DNA of 63,986 nucleotides, filler included, from Basidiobolus ranarum (taxonomy: Eukaryota), in NCBI GenBank assembly GCA_040143965.1. It is 6 parts of 6 records of this genome, joined end to end, with 100 filler letters (N's around TTAATTAATTAA, not from the genome) between each part and the next. Parts side by side here need not be neighbours in the genome. Positions count along the whole stretch, not along the records: positions 42,836 to 53,427 come from JASJQH010007566.1; positions 53,528 to 63,986 come from JASJQH010007579.1; 4 more parts are not named here. The stretch is one strand, 5' to 3'. A program made the translations under genes and the position numbers. Of the stretch, positions 53,101-63,986 are shown in pieces (the stretch's first letter is position 1; each line of letters begins with the position of its first letter). Under the pieces are notes generated by a model. It was not told where the DNA came from. It did no database searches and saw nothing but the letters and a program-made list of their open reading frames with translations.

Positions 53101-53427
53101 AATGTAAAAACAGCCTTTCTGAATGAATATCTAGAAGAAGAGATCTATACAGAGCATCCAGATGGATTTTTTCACCCGAAACACCCTGATTTGATCTGTA
53201 AACTGCAAAAATTTGCTATATGGACTCAAGCAAGCACCCAGGGCATGGTACAACAGGATAGATACCTATTAGGAAACACTAGAATTCTAAAAATGCACAG
53301 CAGATCACAGTGTTTACTTCAGAGCAACCAGAAATAGAATCCTTATCTTGGCACTCTATGTGGATCACTTGATTATAGCCACAAATGAGCTAGAAGCACT
53401 TGATCAGACAAAAAGCAACTTATCAAG
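50105..53427 (+). mobile_element. Ty1/copia family B element, decayed, truncated by gap
   Basis: LTR 50105-50397, PBS GGTTATGTGCCC, gag, zinc knuckle, protease WYIDSGA, GAG-pre-integrase WHRKLSH, integrase, RT (GCKWVYK, QMNVKTAFLN, LYVD). Confidence 0.92.
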
Positions 53428-53527
53428 NNNNNNNNNNNNNNNNNNNNNNNNNNNNNNNNNNNNNNNNNNNNTTAATTAATTAANNNNNNNNNNNNNNNNN
53501 NNNNNNNNNNNNNNNNNNNNNNNNNNN
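53428..53527. other. Artificial contig spacer
   Basis: 44N + TTAATTAATTAA + 44N. Confidence 0.98.
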
Positions 53528-56030
53528 CACTTGGCAAATAGCTGACTCTTGTTACCATTCACAATGAGAATAAGCTCTTGGATTTTGGCAAATTTCCATA
53601 AAGAATTCAGCCAATATATCCCCAGCTTGCAGTCAACAAATGTCCTGCCACAAGTAGATGTGTCATTACCTCAATAGATTACCCCATGGATAAGACAATA
53701 GTAATGCATATCTCAATCTGTCTCACCAAGAAGTCTGTCTTGCAGCTTTCTCAAAAATACCATCAGATTATCACACAAGCAAATTAGTCCAATTATAATG
53801 GTACTTACTCTGTGTCCATGGATTGGGCTTTGTTGCTGTTATTGTGCTTAAACAATGCAAAAACCTGTGAGCACATTGAAAAGAGCCCTTTGTTGGCTGG
53901 TTAATATACTCTGGAGTCTCCTTAACCCATTTCATTACATCCATCACTGATTTTGCTGATACATTGTTAATCAGATTAGCATATGGTAATACTGACGATT
54001 TCACACAGAGCATCATTTCACCACAGGTGCACTCCATTGGGAGCTCCCAGAATGTATAGCAAGGGCCTATACTCTCTAAGCATTGTGACAGAAGCAGCAG
54101 GGAATGTATTGGCTACCAGCATAGATTCAGTCTAGCCTTATTAACCTGTAATAAAGTTTTTCATATTCAATTACAAAATCTTTGCACAGTTGGTGTATCT
54201 GCCTGAGATCTGCCAATATGAGTTGATGCCATAAGAATATATGAAAAATATCCACAAACAACTCCCAATGTTGCCAATATGTGTCAGGAAGAAATCTTTT
54301 CAAGATTCCACTTAAATAGATACAAATCCAATACTTCCAGTATTTGGATTTGAGTAAACACCTAGATGTGTGGATATTAATGGGAGTGGTGGTAAAATAT
54401 GTTGGTATCTTGATGTTTTCAAGCATTTTCCCAATTGATTCAAACTTTGATCTAATCTCAAATGGCCCTTTCATATTGTATTTTCCACTAAATATCTGAG
54501 TAAATAGTATTGGAATGTTGTTGAAAAGTAAGTGCATAGTGCCTAATGGGAAGCTCTGGCTTCAGCTGATCCCCTTTAGCAATATAATCTTAGACTTATG
54601 GCTGGTACCAAGTTTGATGTTAGACTGACTATTTGCTGATTTGATATCAGTGATCATGTTGAAATCTGACCTGGCTCTTGATGTTAAAATCATGGCATTT
54701 AGTTTTGTATTTGGACAGTAGTAATGCATATGCCAGATTGAGTAGACTCCATTAATTTGACAAAATCTATGGTAAGATAGTGAATTGTGCCCACAATAAC
54801 CTCCAAGTTCACTGATGGCAGGAGTGTCAACAATACATACTATGACATTAGCTTTAATAAAATATTCAACCATCTGAACCGCATTTGCTAGCCATTCAAA
54901 TTCAGCAGTCAAAGGCTTCGAGAAGCTGTTTGTAAGCACTGGTGATTAAGGGCAAAATATGATGGATAGTAGCAAAATATTTTGACTTTATACCATTCAA
55001 AAGGGAAAAGATTTAAGTTGGTTAAAATTATTGGTCAGCAAGCCTTGCCCATGGTATATTTGTATAGCAAGAAACCATCCAGAGCCAGTGCAAATGCATG
55101 ATTGTCAATGTTCTCAAAGAAACCTTCACTTTTCAGATTCTGGTAGTGATATCCATCAAGTATACCAGTAATACTATCATCTTTATGGTGAGTACTTTGG
55201 TATTGGATCAATGATCTATTTTTGGGCATTTTGATCAAAACTTTAAGATGGGCAATCAACAGTGTGTAAGCCAAATATGAACAATATTTACCTGATTCAG
55301 TGATTGGCAATTGTGTGAAAACAGTACATGACTTCAGGTTTTTCAGATCATGGGCAAAAGCTAAACCACCACTTAGACATGAACGTAGTTTAATTACTGA
55401 AGGATTATAAGTTATATGACTGACAAGTGTTTTCCACTTGTACCAGGTCTGTAGCAAGCAACAGTTGCCAATCAACTGTGGTAAAAGTGTTGGAAAACCA
55501 ATAAACATCAGGTGGCTAAGACTGGATTAAACTCTACACTCTTCAATACTCAAAGCTGCTTCCTTTACGGTAATTGTTCTGAGTGGACTAATGCTTGCCA
55601 ATAACAGAGAGTCCATAACAAAACCATTGTCTACTTCTTCAACCTCTGATATACTATCATCAGTACTGGAATAATCAAAGTCAATATCTAGCAGCATGTA
55701 CTCAAAGTTGTCTGGACTTGCTTGTTTGACCAATGTTGCTTTTCTACCTATATCATTCCGGTTATATAACTGTGGTAACTTTTTGGTATCTTGACTTTTG
55801 ATAGTGTTACCAAAACTTTGAGGCAAAGTACAGTCAGTGTACTCAATGGGCAAAACTAAAGTTAGTTTTGTGCACTTATTACTGTTGATATTCACCAGGC
55901 TTTGTGCAGCTGGTGGCTTTGCACATTGACTGTGCTTGTGGTTATTTTTTCTGTGAAGGCTCCAGCTTTCATAGCACAAGAATTTGTGACAATAGTAGCA
56001 GGGCTTCTTTAAATGTTTGTGTAGTGGCAT
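53528..56030 (-). mobile_element. CACTA/EnSpm (CMC) Tnp2-type transposase pseudogene
   Basis: ALALDGF, DTPAISELGG.CGH....RFC.I.G, MHLLFNNIP, W..W..IY and GP..TFWELPME.TCG motifs of fungal CACTA transposases; stops and frameshifts present. Confidence 0.85.
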
Positions 56031-56239
56031 CAGAAGGATATTGTGGAAAAAAGAGCACCTCCTTTGTAGGGGTGGTATTTTGGGTATAGCCCATTAATAT
56101 CATCAGCTGATTATGAGATGGTGTCACAGATGATTCATCAGGAGATTTATAGGATATTGCCAGTAAGAAGGCAAGCTTGGTTTATTATAAGCCATTTCCA
56201 TGGAATTTCATTACACCAAGTTTACCATCTGAAATTTTC

Positions 56240-57640
56240 AATGCCATTCAAAAAGCATTCAAAATCTAAATCAAAATCAGCTTCTAGCCAAAGCCAGCAG
56301 GCATGAAAGGAAAAAAGCCAGCAAGAACAGAGGACTTGATTGATGATCAGTCAAGCAATCTACTATCTACTATGAGAGGCATTAACATGCCAAAAACTAA
56401 CTCAAGAAATGATGAAGCATTAATCAATTTACTAGATGTGTTCCTTTCCAGCAATAGTGCAAGTGAAGAGATTGTAATCCCCCAATCATTTATGAATCAA
56501 TAGTTGAGAAAGTTCAAGCCAACCACTACCAAAACCATTAACTTCCAAAATGGCTACTTTTCCCCCTATTGCACAATACTCCACAGAAAATTTGAATAGA
56601 TTTATTGCCATAAGGGAAGTGCAGACAGGACACCACAATAATTTGTATAGGATCATAAGTAAAAGCTACAAAGTTGCTATACAAGCCATGACAAGTGATA
56701 ATGTTGCATTATTGCAATTAATGCAGCATTTGGAAGCAACTAATCAATAGTTAGTGAGTCAGTCAGCAATGATACAAGACCTTCAGAATGATGTATTGAG
56801 CTACAGCAACATGCTGCCCTCTCCGCTTATTCTTATACAATGTTTCAATCAATCTCACACCATACATATGAATGTCATTGTGTCAATGTAGCAGAGCAGA
56901 ATATATGTCAGACTATTAAGCCTACACAATGGCCTGAAATTGCATGGGCACATGAAAGTAGAAATCTCATAGTAAAACCAGCCACACCAAAAGACTCTCA
57001 ATGCCAGAGCTGCTGTCACTTGCTCTGATGATGGGTGGTTTAACATCTTGGAAACTGTGTGGAATTTTGCCTGAAACTGCCTGGATTTCAGCCAATTATG
57101 GAAAAACCAAAAACTAGGTGTAACTTTGAAGGTTCTTGACATATTTCATGTTGCTTATCCTAGGTTTTTGCAGGCAAATGGCAATTAGGCTAGTATAGAC
57201 CTATTCATGAAAATCTCAAAAATGTATGCAATTCTGAGTTGCTAAAGAAAGAAAAGCAGCTAAAGAAGTACCCAAGGAGCAGGAAGTTAGTATACCCTTG
57301 GGAAATGCAAAGGAGCCAGTGAGTTTTGGCTCTTCTGTTCTACTAACCAAATTCCTCACATAATTACAAAGATCTGCGTTTCTAGAGTCAGATATACTTA
57401 CAAAACAGCTTAATTTCACCTTGGAACCAGGTACACCAGTTGGAAGAGTACTAAATTTGGAAGTTTATCCAATACCTGGCAACTCTGAACAAGCTCAAAC
57501 ACCAGTAAATAAATCTCATGGCTCTCCAACCTCAACTGGTACTTTTGAAAGTGTTGAAGTTAGCCCCAAAGTCAATGCAAGCAAAAAGCCACATAAACAT
57601 CACAAAGCATCCTCAGTAGTTTCACACTACAAGGATGTAT
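56240..57640 (+). pseudogene. Decayed ORF divergent from the CACTA transposase, possible accessory gene
   Basis: Chain of K/S/Q-rich + strand ORF pieces starting ~200 nt from the transposase start; CpG-depleted; no recognised domain. Confidence 0.4.
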
Positions 57641-59186
57641 GAAATAGTAAAAGTGCTTGAGAAGTGTTTTCAAAGTAGGAAGGGAAAAACACAGTGCAAA
57701 TGTGCAGAAATTGGCTGCAGAAGAAGAGCATTCAACTTGACATTTAGTCTGGTGTTGCCCATGCAGATATCTGGGAAGAACATAGTACGGAGTGGCACAA
57801 TATTGCAGGGTATTGGCCAGATAGCTGGAAGAATGTTGATTCAGCAACATTAATACAATAGTGGGCTATGATGGAGATATTGATACAAACTCATGTTGGA
57901 TATGAGCTAAGCCTTGGGTATGAAGAACTCTGCAAAAATGTTCAGGAGAATTTATCAGAGAAACTAGGAATCTTGAAGGTGACAAATTAGTGTTCAAGTG
58001 GTTAAAGTGTAAAATTTAAGTTATGTTTCTTGCACATGCATTGATCCAGAGTTCTCTAATATTATAGCCAATCATATACAACTATTTTGCATGATCTTGC
58101 ATTTTCACTCCTGAAACTAAAAAAATTGATTAAGATCAAATCTAACTTGACAATTTTATGATGGTAAGTAAAAAGTCAATCCCAAACAGATTAAAATTGT
58201 GATGGTTTTCCCACAATAACAATCCTCAAATTTCTGTTAGGGGCAGCAATGGCTGGTTGACCCATTAAGTGAAGGTTCCATATCTGAAGAAGAGACTGTA
58301 GTTACGGACAAACCACAAACTAGACCAGACAAACCAACACATACCATAGCACATTGACCTCAAGCCACAACTCATGCTGGCAAAGTTAGAGGAGCTTCAG
58401 CATGAGCAAATCAGCCAAGTCAATGCTGAGGTTCAAGTAAAGTTCCTTCTGTGGAGACATCAAGGAGAAAACAAAATAACAGAAGCCAATCATCATGTAC
58501 TGATTCAATTCTGGGCAACTGCTCAATGCTATTGTTAATACTTACATTTTCCTATCTTTATTGTTTAGCACATAATGTGTAATCAATATGGATTGCAGTA
58601 AAATATAGTTTCAATTGCTTTAGTTAGATCACAATAGCTTATGTCTTTATGACATGCTGTTAGTGCTAAATTGTCATATAGAAAAAAATCAATCACAGCC
58701 TATACTGCAGATCAACCCATTGTTGAGTATTGTGATTTATCACCAGTGTGCCAAAACTACTGGTGTTCATAATGCAGAAATAGTTAGGCCCAGTGGAAGA
58801 ACAGGATATTGTGTGAGTGAGTGACAAATTATTGGCCCAAAAACATGTGAATATCATGGTTATACATTTGATTGGGTAATACAGTATAAGTTGTTTACTG
58901 TTACACATCAATAATGGGTAAGTTACAACTAGGGGATGAACTTGGATTGTCAGTTACCCAATATCTTTATTTGGCAATACTAAATTGGGTGACATGGTAC
59001 AAGCTGGCAAATATATCCAAAAATATTGTTGTGTGTGTTTGTGGTGGGATGGTGCCAAATTGTTCTTTCTAGTGTCCAATTGAGTGTTATAGGACCTGGC
59101 CATGGTAACAGACAGCTTGTGCCAGATAGTATGTTGGCAGGCTGGATTGAGCAGCACAATCTGACCTGGTCCAATGGAGCAAGTCT

Positions 59187-60658
59187 GTTGACTACGGTTA
59201 TTGCAGCAATAATGATAGTATATAAGAAGATGACAAAGAAGAAAATGGTTTTTTGATAGACTCTTTGTTATTAGCAAGCATTGGTCCACTAATAGCACTT
59301 ACCGTAATGGAAGCAGCTTTGTTTATTGAGGAGTGCAGAGTTCAATCCAATCTTAGCAAACAGGTGTATATTAGAAATCTTATACTTTGAGGACAGTTGA
59401 TTGATGGCTGTTGCTTGCCACAGACCCGGTACAAGTGGAAAACACTTGTCAGTTGTCAGACTATAATCTTTCTGTAATTAAACTACCTTTATGTCCAAAT
59501 GGTTATTTAGCTTTCACCAGTGATCTGAAACACTTAAAGTCATTTACTGTTTGCACACAATTGGCAATCACTGAGTCAAGTGATTATTGTTCATATTTGG
59601 CTTACATACATTTGATTCCCAATGTCAAAGTTTTGATGAAATCACCCAAATATAGATCATTGATCCTTTATCAAAGTACTCTCCCTAAAGCTAATGCTAT
59701 CATCAACATATTTAATGGATATCACTACCAGAATCCAAAAAGTTAAGGTTTCTTTGAGAACATGTAAGAACATGCATTAGCATTGGCTCTGGATGGTTTC
59801 TCACTAAACTAAAATACTGTTGGAAAGGCTTGCTGCCCAATAATATTAAATAACTTATATCTTCCTTCTTATGAATGGTATTAGAGATATTATATCAGGA
59901 TACTATGCATTATATTGGCACCTAAATCACCAGTGCTTATAGATAACTTCTATGAGCCTTTGATTGTGGATTTTCAATGGTAATCCAATTTGGTTCAGAT
60001 AGGTGACTATATTTTTAATGCTATATCATTGTATGCTATGGTGACACTCCTGCCATCAGTAAACTTGGATGTTTCTGCAGGCACAATGCATTATCTTGCT
60101 CAAGACTTTGTCACATCAATGGATTTTTCTCTACCAGGCATACACATCACTACTATCCAAGTACAACACTAAACTCCATGACTTTATCATTAAGAGTGTG
60201 GTCGGATTTGAGCATGCTCACCGATATCAGTTCACAAAATAGTCATTGATGGAAATGCTTGAAAGTGTCAAGATATTGTCATATTTTACCACAAATCCCA
60301 TCAATATCCACTCAGCTGGTAATTTATTCAAATGCAAAGACTGACAGCATTGGATTTGTATATATTCAAGTCAAAGCTTGAAAATATTTCTGCTTGATAA
60401 TAGTTGGCAATGTTGGGAGTTCTTTGTGGATAATGGCAATATATTTTTATGGTTTCAACTCACATTGGCAGATCTCAAGCAGATATAGCAACTGCGTAAA
60501 GATTTTTTTACTAGATATGAAAAACTTTATCATCAGTTCAAAGAGGATAGACTGAATCTATACCAATATTCAATATATTGCCTGCTGCATCTTTCACAAT
60601 GCTGAGAGATTACAGGCCCTTGCTATTAATTCTGGGAGTTCCCAATGGAGCACTGTGG
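59187..60658 (+). mobile_element. Second CACTA Tnp2 transposase copy, partial, inverted relative to the first
   Basis: LKHLKSFTVCTQLAITES..CSYLAY, ALALDGF and FWEFPMEHCG are collinear with the copy at 53528-56030; internal deletion near 60247. Confidence 0.85.
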
Positions 60659-60759
60659 TAGTTTTGGGATGCAAGCAGCAACTATAATGGTAATATCTTA
60701 AGGGTTTTGTGAGGTGTTCAAAGGGTGCAAGAGTGATGATTGAATAACTCTGGGATATG

Positions 60760-61500
60760 CAGTAATTTGGGTTGGTCTCTTGGCTCTTTTTATGGCTGTG
60801 GCCACTGAGTAGTATGTATATGTTGGTGATACCTTGTTCATAGAGGGAAGTAGCTCATCAGGACTTGTCTGTATATTTCTTTGAGAAGGTTGATCTATAG
60901 GTTAACTCCTTGTTCCTATGTTATCATATATATTCTTTCTGACTGTGGGTAAAACACAGACAAGTTCTCCAATTGTGATGGAGAGGGCAGAGTCTATGAT
61001 TCTCTGGGTAAGTGTCTCAGGATTGGCCTTCTTACTCAACTTGTATTGCATTTGATAGTTAGGCTGTCAAGGTCCATAAGGTCTTTGTGAGTAGTTCCAC
61101 TAACTATGGCTGTGGCTACAGAGTAGTGTGTAAATGTAGGTGCTTGCTTTTTCATCATGGGAAGTGGCTCACTATTAGTTGTCTGAATGACTCTTGCAGA
61201 AGGTTAATCTATATATTGGCTTCCTAGTACATATGTGGACATCTAGATACATTCTGACTATGCCTGAAGCACTGGCAAGTTCTCCAATTGTAACAGGGAG
61301 GCAACAATCTAAGATCCTCTCAGTAAGTGTCTCAGGATCTGTCTTCTTGCAAATCTTGGATTGCATCTGTTAGTTTGGCTATTGAGATCTTTCCTCAACT
61401 TTTCTTGGTGTTGATTTTGTAATGGCCTCAATGTCCCCACTGGCTCAGAAAATCTTGCTTACTGTATACCTGTAGGTCTTAGTTCCTCAGGTGGAAAAGC
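60760..61500 (-). mobile_element. Gypsy-like gag/pre-protease fragment with ~300-bp tandem duplication
   Basis: PETLTERILDCCLPVTIGELASAS (61100-61370) and PETLTQRIIDSALSITIGELV (60800-61050) are two diverged copies. Confidence 0.55.
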
Positions 61501-61509
61501 TTTCTTGGT

Positions 61510-61916
61510 TGCATAGACTTCAATGCATTCCATTTCATCCACCAAGGTAGTGACTCTATTAATAAGTGATTTAATGTCTTCTCTTGGCTTCATCTTTGAG
61601 TTGAACAATTGTCTTCTTAGAAACATCTTGTTGGCAGCAGGACTTGTTTGGTGGATGTGTTCCATGGCTTTCCATACCCTCTTGGCAGTTTTAGCTCTTG
61701 AACATTGAATTAGCAATTTGTCTTTAACATTAAGACATTATGTTAAAGGCACTTTGTTCTTTTTTAACCTGGAGTAACACTTTGGTTTCAGATAGTTTTG
61801 CATTGCTTTCTTCTCCTACAACAGTGTCCTATAGTCCCTTTTCTTGCAGCAGCATTTTCATTTTAATTTTCCAAACTTGATAATTGATACAATCCAATTT
61901 TCAGAAGAGGGAGAAG
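61510..61916 (-). mobile_element. Copia family A gag fragment
   Basis: NYQVWKIKMKMLLQEKGL...TAKRVWKAMEH..QTSPAANKMFLRRQL; collinear with 46097-46495. Confidence 0.85.
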
Positions 61917-63986
61917 TGTTGGACAATTAATCTTGATTCAACATCATAGTTAACTTTAGTTATGATACACATATCAGAAACAGAAGCAATGTATATTTAG
62001 CCCCTATATTCTAAATAGGAATATCCCTATATATCTATATAACAAGTAAGTCTTATTACCCCCACTTATCTATTATATCTTATTACACAAACTCCTGAAT
62101 GTCTCAAACAATTGATATACTTTTCTGCTATATAAGTCACCCTATACTCTTGAGAATAAAGTAACTAAAACACTCTATCATAAGTTGCTTCTAATACTCA
62201 AAGTCTACCCCCATTATGTCACAATTCTCCAAGATGGTAGCAGCAAGTGAATTAGAGTCTTCTTCCCAAAAGGAGATTACTAATATTCCAACTTTCAATG
62301 GGGAATACTTCCATCAATGAAAATTCAAGATGCAACTTGTGCTTGAAGGGAAACATGTCCGGGAAGTAGTTCAACCAGATGAAGAAGAAGAAACTTCTGA
62401 AGAAGAAAGTACAGATTCTGACACTGAAACAAAGAAGCCAACATGTAAATAAGCCAGGGCAGTCTTCAAAGAAAAAGACAGATTGGCATTTAGGGAAATA
62501 TGTCTAAGACTGGGATCACAACAACTTGTACTAGTCAGAGATGCTGACTCTGCCAAGAATGCATAGGAAATCCTAGTGGAACATTGTGAGCAAACAGGGC
62601 TTGCTAACTTGATGATGCTACAAAGAGAATACTTAAACTCTTGCATGTCTGAGGATTCAGATATTATGACATATGTAAATGGCATCAAGAAACTTGCCCA
62701 ACAACTGGAATCAGTGAATTATGAGGTACCTGAAATGGATATGATTATTACCATAATCAATGGTCTCCCTGAGTCATATTCAGCCCATGTACTAACTTTG
62801 GAAGCAATTGGGGGCAAGCTTACTCAGCATTATTTGTTCACTTGTCTATTTCAAGAACAATTTACAAGGAAAGACAAAAGTCTGCTAGCAGATGAAACAA
62901 AAACTACACCAGCATTTTATTCTCAAAATAGCCAATCAGATAGGAGCACTGTGAATTGTTACAAATGCGGAAAACTGGGACATATAGTGTGTTACTGCAG
63001 ATCAAAGAAGGAATAAGTTTCTAAGAAAATGGAAGCATACAACACCACTAAAAGAGGAAATGAGCACTATGTACTTATGGCAACCTTTGAATCAGGAAAT
63101 GACTCTGCTGATGTATGGATTCTAAATTTTGGTGTAAGTGATCATATGTGTCACAACAGAAACTTAATGCATGACTATAAGGAAATAGAACCTCTGGACA
63201 TCACAGTAGCTGGAAGAAACAAACTGGTTGCATATGAAATGGGAAAGGTCACACTTGACTTACAAATAAGTAAAACCAAAAGTATAATGGTAACCTTGAA
63301 AGATGTCTTATATATTACATCATTTACAACAAATCTGTTTTCAATTGGAGCAATTGAAAAGAAACATTTTGATGTCAAACTCAGCCAAGGTAAAGCAACC
63401 ATATACAAATCAAAGGACTTGATAGTAGCAACTGGAACAAGAATTAGGAATTTACATCATCTGGATATTGCACCAATAACTGAGACTGTTTCTAACTTTG
63501 AAATAATTACTTCTGGAAACTTGATGACTTGGCATCAGCACATGGGTCATCTAAACTAGAATAGTGTGAAACTATTATATAAAAATAGCCTATGTACTGG
63601 AATGGATCTTAAGCCCTCCAATATTACTAAATGTGAAAGCTGTATTCAAGGGAAAATCACCAGAAAACCATTTCCAAAAGAAGGAGCTATCAAAGCCAAA
63701 GATTTATTGGAACTTATTCATACAGACTTATGTTGCCCAATGCAAACTCTGACACCAAGTAAGCAACAATATTTATATATTGTTATTGATGATGAAACTC
63801 ACTTCATAGCTTTATATCATCTGTCAAGCAAAGGAGAAGTGTTTCAATATTTCAAGATATATGAAGCAATGGTCCCAACCATAACAGGAAGAAAAATCAA
63901 ATACCTACACAGTGATAATGGAACTGAATTTAGCAATGAAGCCATGACTAGCTTTTGTCAAGAAAAGGGAATTCAGCAGCAATTTA
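61917..63986 (+). mobile_element. Ty1/copia family C element, runs off window
   Basis: LTR 61917-62234 (TGTTGG...), PBS TGGTAGCAGC, gag (PTFNGEYF..KFKMQLVL, INGLPESY), CYKCGKLGH knuckle, protease WILNFGVSDHMC, WHQHMGH, integrase LELIHTDLC and HSDNGTEF. Confidence 0.92.

Overview
Eukaryotic, intron-rich fungal DNA. Protein style and intron types suggest an early-diverging lineage, possibly Basidiobolus-like (inference only). The window is not one locus. It is six unrelated ~10.6 kb contigs in decreasing size order, joined by artificial 100-nt spacers (44N-TTAATTAATTAA-44N). Contigs 1-4 are gene-rich: a secreted S/T/P-rich protein, an Erf2-like DHHC palmitoyltransferase, a Gai-class G-alpha, an MFS hexose transporter, a small secreted Cys protein, two uricase fragments, Ypt1, Crm1, Dre2, an UNC93-like MFS fragment, Cse1, a Coq11-like SDR and Ded1. 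Contigs 5-6 are mostly decayed, nested Ty1/copia elements (three LTR families), CACTA/EnSpm transposases and a gypsy-like fragment, with extreme CpG loss. The strongest signal is a canonical U12-type AT-AC minor-spliceosome intron in the DHHC gene (2432-2506). Other highlights: a long G-U-supported hairpin in the DRE2 intron, uricase halves bracketing the YPT1-CRM1-DRE2 contig, an in-frame copia gag/sugar-transporter chimera, and direct evidence of methyl-CpG decay among LTR copies.
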